Shown here one piece after another: positions 34,757-43,472 of a stretch of DNA of 45,507 bases; position 1 is the first letter of the stretch, and every line of letters begins with the position of its first letter. The translations under genes and the position numbers were made by a program. The stretch covers positions 175,172 through 220,678 of the forward strand of contig JAQWEN010000001.1 of the NCBI GenBank assembly GCA_028704885.1. The letters are read 5' to 3'. The stretch is from Candidatus Shapirobacteria bacterium. Lineage in GTDB: Bacteria > Patescibacteriota > Microgenomatia > UBA12405. The notes under the pieces were generated by a model that saw nothing but the letters and a program-made list of their open reading frames with translations, was not told the origin of the DNA and did not search any database.

Positions 34757-35698
34757 ATGAATCAAGAAAGAATAAAACAAGTTGGTTTTTCAGCAGAAAA
34801 AGAAGAGATCTTCTTAAGAAGATTGGATAATCGAAATAGAAGAGTTAACTTGGAACAAGAATTAAAAACTCAATTGGCCGAAGATTTTGGTTTGGTGGAA
34901 TTTACATTGAAATATAAGATTAATTCCGATGGGAAGATTGTAGATATAATTTCGGGTCAGGAAATAGTGGAATTGACTAGTCGGGGAGGGATTAAAGAAG
35001 AAACTGAATCAATTGGAAAAATAGAAGAAGGTTTAAAAAATAATCCAGAAAAAACTTTTATTCATTTTAGTCCTAAAAATGAAAATTTAGGTTATCCAAA
35101 CAATTGTGTCGATTTTTGGCGAGTAGTTGACGATGAAGTAGTTTGGAATCGAATGGTGGTGAAAAATAACTTTGAAGAAATGAATAAAACAAGACAGGTT
35201 TTATCAGGGGAAGAAAAAGTTGAAAATGAGATGGAAATTTTGAAATCACCAATTGGAGTTGAATTAAAATTGGCGGAAGTTTTTGATTTTTTTAGATTAA
35301 GTGAAGAAAAAAACATAACTGATTTAAATAAAATTGAGGCAGTGGTGGAAAAATATCTAGAGCAATTTGAGAATGAATTTGGAGAAAAATTAACTGAAGA
35401 TCAAGAATTGATTTTTAGATTGTATTCAATCTGCCATGAGGCCTCAAAAAGAGAGAGTGAACAGAGAATAATGAAAAGATCTGAATTGGAAATTTATATG
35501 TATGGAATAATGAAGGAAATAAAAGTGGAAAAGAGCTCTGGATGTGCAGCAACAACAACAGTGGGGTCTTTTGGAGAAAAGATTGGCTATTATGTTCTAT
35601 CTAATGGTGAAGTTAAGAAGGGAGTGGTTCCTGAAGGATTTAAAGAATGCAAAAAATGTGGTTGTTGGTATCAAGGTGAAAAATGTCCTTTTTGTTAA
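34757..35698 (+). CDS. Hypothetical protein with C-terminal zinc-ribbon-like Cys cluster
   Basis: 313-aa acidic ORF ending SSGC...CKKCGCWYQGEKCPFC. Confidence 0.8.
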   Translation: MNQERIKQVGFSAEKEEIFLRRLDNRNRRVNLEQELKTQLAEDFGLVEFTLKYKINSDGKIVDIISGQEIVELTSRGGIKEETESIGKIEEGLKNNPEKTFIHFSPKNENLGYPNNCVDFWRVVDDEVVWNRMVVKNNFEEMNKTRQVLSGEEKVENEMEILKSPIGVELKLAEVFDFFRLSEEKNITDLNKIEAVVEKYLEQFENEFGEKLTEDQELIFRLYSICHEASKRESEQRIMKRSELEIYMYGIMKEIKVEKSSGCAATTTVGSFGEKIGYYVLSNGEVKKGVVPEGFKECKKCGCWYQGEKCPFC

Positions 35699-35750
35699 TT
35701 GATAGTTTTTGATCTATAAGATGATATATTTGGATATATACATATAAAAT

Positions 35751-35966
35751 ATGGAAAAAATTAGATTTTCTTTTGATAATCTAAAAAATAAAGAATCAAG
35801 AGAAGAATTATTAAAAAAAGGAGTGGTGTGGGGTTTGGCGGTGGGGTTTGGAATATTGCCGCCTTTTTCTGTTTGTTTGGTTGATGATTTAGCAATAAGA
35901 AGGGAAAACTTAACAGATAAAGTAAACAAAGTTTTTAAAAATAATAGACGAGTCAATTTGGATTAA
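35751..35966 (+). CDS. Small hypothetical protein
   Basis: 71-aa ORF between two co-oriented genes; its stop overlaps the next start; one hydrophobic stretch. Confidence 0.5.
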   Translation: MEKIRFSFDNLKNKESREELLKKGVVWGLAVGFGILPPFSVCLVDDLAIRRENLTDKVNKVFKNNRRVNLD

Positions 35967-36691
35967 TGGTAAAATTAATTATGAAAGAAAACAATAATAA
36001 AGCTGTTGGAATTTTAATTCTAGTTATTATTGCGGCTTTTGTTTTACCGTGGAGAAATATTAATTGGGGTAAGATAAATTTTGGCGGGGAAACTGTGGTG
36101 GTTACTGGTGAATCAGAGACAAAACAAAAAAATGAAGTGGCTAGTTTTAGTGCTGGAGTAAATGTTATTAAGGAAAATAAAGAAGAAGCGATTGCTGAAG
36201 TTAATAAAAAGATTAGTGATTTAATAACTTCGGTCAAAGATTTTGGAATAGCGGAAGCTGATATCCAAACCCAAAGTGCGAATGTTTATGAACAACAAGA
36301 GACTGATAAAACAAAAAAGAATAATTGGATAGTTAACAATACAATAGAGATTACTTTAAGAGATGTATCAAAAGCTAATGAATTGATGGATTTGCTTAAT
36401 AAAAGTGGAGCTAATAATGTTTATGGACCTAGTTTTAGGATTGAAGATACAAAAACAGCCGAAAAAACTTTATATGAAGCTGCTATGACCGATGCCAAAG
36501 AAAGAGCGGAATTAATTGCCAAAGCGAGTGGTCGAAAATTAGGTAAAGTAATGAATGTGGTTGAAGGGAACAGTGGAGTCTCTTATTCATTATATAAAGC
36601 AGCTTTATCTTCTGGAGCTGGTGGAGCTGATTTACAAACTGGAACTTCAACGATTTCCAAAACATTAACCGTAACTTTTGAACTGAAATAA
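35966..36691 (+). CDS. SIMPL domain (DUF541) protein
   Basis: N-terminal anchor; VVVTGESE, GIAEADIQT, GANNVYGPSF, AAMTDAKERAELIAKASGRKLGKV. Confidence 0.85.
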   Translation: MVKLIMKENNNKAVGILILVIIAAFVLPWRNINWGKINFGGETVVVTGESETKQKNEVASFSAGVNVIKENKEEAIAEVNKKISDLITSVKDFGIAEADIQTQSANVYEQQETDKTKKNNWIVNNTIEITLRDVSKANELMDLLNKSGANNVYGPSFRIEDTKTAEKTLYEAAMTDAKERAELIAKASGRKLGKVMNVVEGNSGVSYSLYKAALSSGAGGADLQTGTSTISKTLTVTFELK

Positions 36692-36767
36692 TTTTGACCT
36701 AGTTTGTTTTAATTGATTTAAAAGGCGTGGTAGTTTAATCTGGTCTAGATTAGATTTTTAAACAAAA

Positions 36768-37496
36768 ATGGCTAAAAATGTTAAGTTAAAGGTAAGTTTA
36801 TTGAGTTATACGGCAAATCCAGAACAAAATATTGTGGCAGCAATTAGGCAATGTTACAGCCAGGTGGGAGCTAAGGAACTAAAAGAAAAGACTAATAAAG
36901 AAACTAGAGAAAGATTAATAAGACAGGTGATGGCTTCGGGACATACTTCAACTTTAGAACATGCCTCTTTTACTTTTGCAGTGGAAGGAGTAAGTCGAGT
37001 AACAGAAATTCAGTTGGTTAGACACAGAATTGGCTGTTCTTATTCAATTCAATCGGGGCGATATGTTAAAAGAGGTGAAGCTCAATATGTAATTCCACCA
37101 GTAATTTTAAATGGAGATAAAAAAGTTTTAAAGAAAGTTAAAAAGCATTTTGAAAATACTCAAAAACTTTACAATGAACTTCTTGATTTAGGGGTTAAGG
37201 CTGAAGATGCCAGATATTGCCAACCACAATCTTTAAAAACAAAAATTGTAGTGACAATGGATGCTAGAGCTTTATTACATTTTTTGACTTTAAGATGTTG
37301 TCGAAGAGCTCAGTGGGAAATACAAGCCTTGGCTGGGGAAATGTTAAAAGCGGTTAAGAAAAAAGCGCCAATTCTTTTCGAAAATGCTGGACCAAGCTGC
37401 GTTTCAACGGGGATATGTTATGAAGGAGATATGAGTTGTGGTCTTTGGAAAACAATTAAAGGGGCTGAGTTAAAAACAAGAATAAAAAATGAATAA
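36768..37496 (+). CDS. thyX: FAD-dependent thymidylate synthase
   Basis: GHTSTLEH, SRV...QLVRHRIGCSYSIQSGRYV, EDARY, RAQWEIQ. Confidence 0.95.
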   Translation: MAKNVKLKVSLLSYTANPEQNIVAAIRQCYSQVGAKELKEKTNKETRERLIRQVMASGHTSTLEHASFTFAVEGVSRVTEIQLVRHRIGCSYSIQSGRYVKRGEAQYVIPPVILNGDKKVLKKVKKHFENTQKLYNELLDLGVKAEDARYCQPQSLKTKIVVTMDARALLHFLTLRCCRRAQWEIQALAGEMLKAVKKKAPILFENAGPSCVSTGICYEGDMSCGLWKTIKGAELKTRIKNE

Positions 37497-38073
37497 AGAA
37501 GACAAATTTGTAGTTGTTTACGGAATGAATAATTTAGGAAAAACAACCATGGTTAATGGTTTGATTGATTTTTTAAAGTCAGAAGGTAAAGATGCTGTTT
37601 ACTTAAAATATCCAATTTATGATTTGGAACCAACTGGTCCGAGAATTAATCGTTATTTAAGAGAAGGAAATCCAGAAAATTTAACTCCAGCTACGGTTCA
37701 ACAAATTTATAGTGATAATAGAAGAGATTTTGAACCACAATTAGTAGAAATGATTAATCAAGGCAAATATATAATAGCTGAAGATTATGTAGGAACAGGA
37801 ATTGCTTGGGGAATGATTGGAGGAGCAAAAATTGAGGAAATGGAAAAAATAAATGAAGGGCTAAGAGTACCTGATTTATCAATTCTTTTAGATGGAGAGA
37901 GATTTTTGACTGGTATTGAATCAAATCATAAACATGAAGGTGCAACTGAATTGTGGCCAAAAGGTAGACAAATTCATTTAGATTTAGCAAAAAAATATGG
38001 TTGGGAAATAGTGAATGCCAACCAAAGTAAAGAAAATGTTTTAAAAGATGTTATTAAAATCTTAGTAAAATAA
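37489..38073 (+). CDS. tmk: Thymidylate kinase
   Basis: P-loop GMNNLGKTT, LKYP, DNRR, PDLSILLD; overlaps the thyX stop. Confidence 0.85.
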   Translation: MNKEDKFVVVYGMNNLGKTTMVNGLIDFLKSEGKDAVYLKYPIYDLEPTGPRINRYLREGNPENLTPATVQQIYSDNRRDFEPQLVEMINQGKYIIAEDYVGTGIAWGMIGGAKIEEMEKINEGLRVPDLSILLDGERFLTGIESNHKHEGATELWPKGRQIHLDLAKKYGWEIVNANQSKENVLKDVIKILVK

Positions 38074-38074
38074 T

Positions 38075-39034
38075 ATGAATGGAATTCAATTAATTGCAGG
38101 GACATCACATCCAAAATTGGCTCAGCAAATATCAAAAAAATTGAAATTACCATTAGTACCAACAACAATTAAAAAATTTGCTAACGGTGAGATTTATGTG
38201 AGATTAGGAAAAAAAGTAAGAGGAGATGATATTTTTATTATTCAAACCATGACTAATCCAGTAAATGACTGTTTAATGGAATTATTGATTTTAGTGGATG
38301 CTTTAAAAAGATCATCAGCCAGGAGAATTAATTTAATTTGTCCGCAGATGTGTTATTCCCGACAAGACAGAAGAACGCAATCTCATGAACCGATAACAGC
38401 TAAATTAGTGGCTAATTTAATTACTAAAGCGGGAGTGGATAGGTTGGTAACAGTGGATTTGCATGCTGATCAAATTCAGGGATTTTATGATATTCCAGTG
38501 GATCATTTAGTGGGATATCCATTAATGGCAAAGTATTTAGTTAAGAAAAAATATCAAGATATAGTGGTGGTGTCGCCGGATATGGGTGGGGTTAAACGAG
38601 CTAATAAAATGGCCGATTTGCTAGGAGCACCAATTGCTATTATCGATAAAATCAGACGAAAACATAATGAATGTGAAGTGGCTCATGTGGTAGGTGATGT
38701 TAAAGGTAAAACAGCAATTTTAGTTGACGATATGATTGATACTGGCGGTTCAATTTGTGCTGCTGCCGAAGTAGTTAAAAAGTATGGAGCTAAGGAAGTG
38801 ATTATTTGTGCTACTCATGCTTTATTAAACGGAAAAGCTAAAGAAAATTTGGAAAATTGCTCGGCTTCTAAAGTAATTTTTTTGGATTCAATTCCAATTT
38901 CTAAAGAAAATAAAATTCAAAAAATGAAAATAATTTCTTTGGCGCCACTTTTAAGTAAAATAATTTATAGAATTCACATGGAAAGGTCTTTGGGAGAACT
39001 ATTCAAATGGGAGGAACAAAGTAAATTGTTGTAA
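38075..39034 (+). CDS. prs: Ribose-phosphate pyrophosphokinase
   Basis: FANGE, NDCLMELL, YSRQDR, DLHADQIQGFYDIPVD, VSPDMGG, VDDMIDTGGS, ATHALL. Confidence 0.97.
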   Translation: MNGIQLIAGTSHPKLAQQISKKLKLPLVPTTIKKFANGEIYVRLGKKVRGDDIFIIQTMTNPVNDCLMELLILVDALKRSSARRINLICPQMCYSRQDRRTQSHEPITAKLVANLITKAGVDRLVTVDLHADQIQGFYDIPVDHLVGYPLMAKYLVKKKYQDIVVVSPDMGGVKRANKMADLLGAPIAIIDKIRRKHNECEVAHVVGDVKGKTAILVDDMIDTGGSICAAAEVVKKYGAKEVIICATHALLNGKAKENLENCSASKVIFLDSIPISKENKIQKMKIISLAPLLSKIIYRIHMERSLGELFKWEEQSKLL

Positions 39035-39101
39035 AATAATCCTATGAAATAGAAAATGTTGGGTAATTGGTTTTGAATTATTTATTTTTAAAAATATTTT
39101 T

Positions 39102-40259
39102 ATGGTAGATCAACAAATTAGAGATTTAATTAAAAAAGAAGAAGAAAGACAACAGAATTTAGTTCATTTAATTCCTAGTGAAAACTTTGCCTCGGATGAA
39201 GTTAGAATGGCACTAGGAAGCTGTTTAACCAATAAATATGCTGAAGGTTATCCAGGTCGAAGATATTATCAAGGCAATGAATTTGTGGATCAAATTGAAA
39301 ATTTGGCCATTGAAAGAGGAAAAAAAGTTTTAGGAGTGGAACATCTTAATGTCCAACCATATTCAGGAAGTCCAGCTAATAGTGCAGTCCAAATGGCACT
39401 TTTGGAACAGGGAGATAAAATCTGCGGATTAAAATTATCGGCTGGTGGTCATTTGACTCATGGGCATCCAAAAATTACTTTCTCGGGAAAATTTTTTGAA
39501 AGTGTCCAATATGATGTCGAAGAAGATGGTCGAATTGATTATGACAAATTGGAAGAATTGATATTAGCCGAAAAGCCAAAAATGATAATGGCAGGAACTA
39601 CAGCTTATCCTTATATTTTGGATTTTAAAAGATTTGGAGAAATTGCTGATAAAGTAGGCGCTTGGTTAGTGGCTGATATTTCTCATATTGCTGGATTAGT
39701 GGTGGGTGGAGTTCATCCAAGTCCAAATGAATATGTACATATAGTAACCTCGACAACTCATAAAAGCTTAAGAGGTCCAAGAGGAGCAGTGATTGGGGTA
39801 ACTAAAAAAGGATTAGAAAAGGATCCAGAATTGGCTAAAAAAATTGATAAGGCAGTGTTTCCAGGATTACAGGGCGGTCCTCATGAAAATCAGATTGCAG
39901 CTTTGGCAGTGGCTTTTGGAGAGTGTGATACTCAAGAATTTAAGGATTATGCGGCTCAAATAGTTAAAAATGCTAAAGCTTTGGCTGAATCTTTAAGAAA
40001 AAATGGATTAAAAGTTTTTGGAACTGAAAATCATTTGATGGTGGTGGAAGTTGGTTTTGAAAAAGGCAAAGATGCCGCAGTTAAACTTGAGGAAAATGGA
40101 ATTGTGGTGAATGCCAATACAATTCCTCATGATACGGCCAGCCCATTTAGACCATCGGGAATCAGAATTGGAACTCCAGCGATGACTACCAGAGGGTGGA
40201 AAGAGAAGGAATTTGAAGAACTTGGTAATAAAATTGCAGGGATAATAAAATCTATTTGA
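39102..40259 (+). CDS. glyA: Serine hydroxymethyltransferase
   Basis: LIPSENF, NKYAEGYPGRRYYQG, GGHLTHG, TSTTHKSLRGPRG, SGIRIGTPAMTTRG. Confidence 0.98.
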   Translation: MVDQQIRDLIKKEEERQQNLVHLIPSENFASDEVRMALGSCLTNKYAEGYPGRRYYQGNEFVDQIENLAIERGKKVLGVEHLNVQPYSGSPANSAVQMALLEQGDKICGLKLSAGGHLTHGHPKITFSGKFFESVQYDVEEDGRIDYDKLEELILAEKPKMIMAGTTAYPYILDFKRFGEIADKVGAWLVADISHIAGLVVGGVHPSPNEYVHIVTSTTHKSLRGPRGAVIGVTKKGLEKDPELAKKIDKAVFPGLQGGPHENQIAALAVAFGECDTQEFKDYAAQIVKNAKALAESLRKNGLKVFGTENHLMVVEVGFEKGKDAAVKLEENGIVVNANTIPHDTASPFRPSGIRIGTPAMTTRGWKEKEFEELGNKIAGIIKSI

Positions 40260-40260
40260 T

Positions 40261-40346
40261 TTAAATTTCTTGTCATAGAATTATTAATAATCGGCGAATG
40301 TGCGTCGCACGTTCGATATTATAAAAATTATGACTGCGAACTTTAA
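40261..40346 (+). repeat. Long palindromic dispersed element, copy 2 of 3
   Basis: Core GAATGTGC-GTC-GCACGTTC at 40296-40314; outer GTCATA/TATGAC. Confidence 0.85.
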
Positions 40347-40348
40347 AC

Positions 40349-40603
40349 TTATTTTTTGGTTTTCTTGAATTTTTTGCTTAAGAAAGCGAGGATTTTGCCG
40401 TTGTCGATGTCCCAACGACTGAGGAAGAAAATATAGACGATTTCAAATATGCCGACAGTATTTATAGTTAACAAGAGAATAAACCAGATAAGTTGTCTTT
40501 TATTAGCAGCTTTCCAAAGAGCAGCGCCTTTCCAAACTAAAGTCCAGATTAGAAGAATAAAATAAAATTGAGGTTGATTTAGGAGAGAAAGAAAGTTGTT
40601 CAT
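40349..40603 (-). CDS. DUF5652-like small membrane protein
   Basis: WTLVWKGAALWKAANKRQLIWFILLLTINTVGIFEIVYIF matches my recollection of this CPR-common family. Confidence 0.75.
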   Translation of the reverse strand: MNNFLSLLNQPQFYFILLIWTLVWKGAALWKAANKRQLIWFILLLTINTVGIFEIVYIFFLSRWDIDNGKILAFLSKKFKKTKK

Positions 40604-40624
40604 AATTGATTAATTATAACAAAT

Positions 40625-43348
40625 TTAATTTTTTCTTTTGAATATCCAGATGAAGGTAGGGATGAGGAGAGCAAAACCAAGAAATTCAAAGATTTGAGGC
40701 CAAAAGACAATGTAGATCTCAGATGTCAGTTTATCAGATCTCAGTTGGGGAAGCTGCCAGCCGTTGGCCCAGTTGTTGATTAAAACGTGGTTTTTTAAAA
40801 AGACTGGTTTAATACCTTTGAAATAAAAAGCGACCCAACCATTATTGTAATTTTCGGAAAAAATTAAAGTTTGATTTTGAAAATTATTAGGAATAGTCAT
40901 TTTGTAGAGGAAGGAAGAAATTTTATTATTTTGAGGATAAGTAACGGTTTGAGATGGAGGGTTAACTTCTTGATTCTTTATTTTGGAATAAAAATCTAAA
41001 TCGATTTTGTCGATGGTTATATTTTTGAGTTGGTTATGGGTTTGGTAATTTCCAAGAGAAATATTATCAATACTAATATCAAATCCGGAAAAATCATCCA
41101 TAGAAGGAACAAAAAAATAATCCCAAGCAAATTCCTTATTTTTACCAAGCTCCCCATAAACAACGCAAAGGTTATTGTAAATATTTTTGATACAAATTCG
41201 AAGCGGCATACCGGAAATATTTTTGGATTGGAAACCAATTTTAAGACCAATGCTGTGACTAACTTCTGGAAATTCAACAAAACTGCCAGTGTTTGAGTCT
41301 TGACTTAAATAATCAATTAAATCTGAATTTTTAGCTTTGTTCCAATCGATTAAACTGGCATTAAAATCGACCAATCTTTCGCCTTTAAAATTATTACTAT
41401 TAATAACTCTTTCGTCTTTATTTATTAATTGACGGAAAGGGTAACTAATACTGCTTTGATTTTGATTAGTGAAATAATCACCACTGTCAAAGTAGGCCTG
41501 ATCGTAAAAATTCCATTGATAAGAGGGGGTAATATTATTGTTGATTTGTTTGATTTTAATAATGCTGGAATTATGATTAATTTTATAAAAATAAAGGTGA
41601 TCAAAATTTTTTAAAAGAGTGATTTTATTTTCAATTTCGAGTTGTTTTAAAATATTTTCAATTTCACTTTTAAAAGTAACTTGGTCTTGGTTTTTTAGAG
41701 CAGAAGGGATAGAAGTAACATCCCAAAGAATGTAATTTAGATTGTATTTTTCGATAGTTTTTAAAAACTTGTCGGTGTCTTTGGTATAGAGGGTATAAAA
41801 AAGTTCTCGATAGGCTTCTTCGTTTTGAGTGCTCCAACGATCAAAATCGCGGTCGAGAATATTTTGTTTTAGGCCAAACCAAATAAAACCAGAACCTTGA
41901 TAACCCCAACTGTAATATTGCCAACCAGTAAAATTATTTAAAGGCAGGGGAAGAACTGTACCTTGAGGTTGAGTTTGAGAATATTGCCAAAGTTGAAAAT
42001 AAGAATCAGGAATTTTTACTTTCATATAGGGATGAATTAATTGACCTTGAAAGAAAGGAAAGCAAAATATTATTAAACTAGTGATAAAAATTAAAGAGAA
42101 AATAAAGTGAAATATTTTTTTGGTAAAAACAGTGAAAATTAAATTGAAAATGTTAGCTAAATAAATAGCCAGACTTAGAGAAAAAATAATTGATATTTTA
42201 GTAAAAATAAAACGAAAAGCCTCTTCGAGAATGGGAATTTTGATAAGTAAATCAAAAAACCAACTAAAAGGAGGAGTGTGATTAAGAAGCAAAATAAAAG
42301 GGATAAAAAATGTCGGCGAAAGAGCAATTAGAGTTTTGTTTTTTTGAATAAAAGCGGCAATTAAACCGGAAACAGCCAGAATAAAGACAATAAATCCAAT
42401 TAGCTCGATTTTAGGGGTTAAATGTTGGTTCCAGGTGGTAGTTAGATCTTCAAAATTGTGTTTTTGGTGATTGTAAATCTGCCAATTGAAATAGAAACCT
42501 TTAATAAGAGAAACATCTTGAATATAACCGGTTCGGCGGTTTTGAAGGCGGTACTCTTGGGAATAAAGGCGGTTAACTTTACTGTCTTCAGGAATAGAAC
42601 TGCTGGTTTTAATAAAATAAATATTGGGTAAAAGCCAAAAAGAATTAAGAACTAAAGTAAAGACTATTAAGGTAATTATTTTTTTAAAACAAAGTAAATT
42701 TCGGTTGAGAATGAAATAGAAGAAAAGAAAAATTAAATAAATACCAAAAAAAGCGTACCAAAGGTGGGCGGCGTAGGCTTGGGGAGTGGCGAGGAGAGTA
42801 AAAATAGAAAAGAAAAAGAGATCTGATTTATGATGACTTTGAAGATATTTGAGAGTAAAGAGAATAATAAAAGGAAGAAGAGCCCATTGAGTGGGGAACA
42901 TTTCGAAAGGAACATAAAATTGTTGGAGAGTGGAGAGATTAAAAATATAGAAAAGGGCGGCGAGAAAAGAAATAAGATTTATAAAAGGAGATTTGTTTTC
43001 TTTAAATAAAAATTTAATTAAAAAATAAATACCTAAGGGGCCGATAATGAAACAGAGAAAAATGTAGGAATAACGAAGAAAATTAAGTTTAAAAATGAAG
43101 CTGGTTAAAAAGAGAAAAATAACCCGGGGGAGATCGGCCATGTGAGAATGACCGGCAACAGCACCAAGGCCTTGTTCTTGACGCCAGACGCCGGAAAAAA
43201 GGCGAGAGAAATTAAGAGAGAAATTAAATTCGGGGTGAAGAGTGTCCCAACCGGTCAAAAAAGTGCCGGGAGTGTAGTTAAGAAAGCAGATTAGAACAGT
43301 GATTAGAATTAGAGTTAACGGAAATAAAATTTTTTTAAATTTAGACAC
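40625..43348 (-). CDS. Large polytopic membrane protein, GT-C/YfhO-like glycosyltransferase candidate
   Basis: About a dozen TM segments; GWDTLHPEF luminal loop, RDFDRW, C-terminal FSENYNNGW and HVLINNWANGW; GTG start. Confidence 0.7.
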   Translation of the reverse strand: MSKFKKILFPLTLILITVLICFLNYTPGTFLTGWDTLHPEFNFSLNFSRLFSGVWRQEQGLGAVAGHSHMADLPRVIFLFLTSFIFKLNFLRYSYIFLCFIIGPLGIYFLIKFLFKENKSPFINLISFLAALFYIFNLSTLQQFYVPFEMFPTQWALLPFIILFTLKYLQSHHKSDLFFFSIFTLLATPQAYAAHLWYAFFGIYLIFLFFYFILNRNLLCFKKIITLIVFTLVLNSFWLLPNIYFIKTSSSIPEDSKVNRLYSQEYRLQNRRTGYIQDVSLIKGFYFNWQIYNHQKHNFEDLTTTWNQHLTPKIELIGFIVFILAVSGLIAAFIQKNKTLIALSPTFFIPFILLLNHTPPFSWFFDLLIKIPILEEAFRFIFTKISIIFSLSLAIYLANIFNLIFTVFTKKIFHFIFSLIFITSLIIFCFPFFQGQLIHPYMKVKIPDSYFQLWQYSQTQPQGTVLPLPLNNFTGWQYYSWGYQGSGFIWFGLKQNILDRDFDRWSTQNEEAYRELFYTLYTKDTDKFLKTIEKYNLNYILWDVTSIPSALKNQDQVTFKSEIENILKQLEIENKITLLKNFDHLYFYKINHNSSIIKIKQINNNITPSYQWNFYDQAYFDSGDYFTNQNQSSISYPFRQLINKDERVINSNNFKGERLVDFNASLIDWNKAKNSDLIDYLSQDSNTGSFVEFPEVSHSIGLKIGFQSKNISGMPLRICIKNIYNNLCVVYGELGKNKEFAWDYFFVPSMDDFSGFDISIDNISLGNYQTHNQLKNITIDKIDLDFYSKIKNQEVNPPSQTVTYPQNNKISSFLYKMTIPNNFQNQTLIFSENYNNGWVAFYFKGIKPVFLKNHVLINNWANGWQLPQLRSDKLTSEIYIVFWPQIFEFLGFALLIPTFIWIFKRKN
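40714..40746 (+). repeat. Heptamer repeat inside the 907-aa membrane protein gene (antisense to its reading frame)
   Basis: AGATCTC AGATGTC AGTTTATC AGATCTC AGTT. Confidence 0.82.
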
Positions 43349-43372
43349 TGATTAATGATAGCAAAAAAGAGA

Positions 43373-43438
43373 AAAGGCCGGGGTTTGTATGAGTTTTGAT
43401 CGTGAGATCAAAGTTGTCATACAAACCTACCGGCCTTT
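43373..43438 (-). terminator. Three-tier 66-nt hairpin terminator of cassette G
   Basis: AAAGGCCGG/CCGGCCTTT, GGTTTGTATGA/TCATACAAACC and TTTGATC/GATCAAA stems, then a T-rich tail on the minus strand. Confidence 0.85.
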
Positions 43439-43472
43439 AATTAAAGTTAACTTGTGTTAACTTGGGTAGTTG

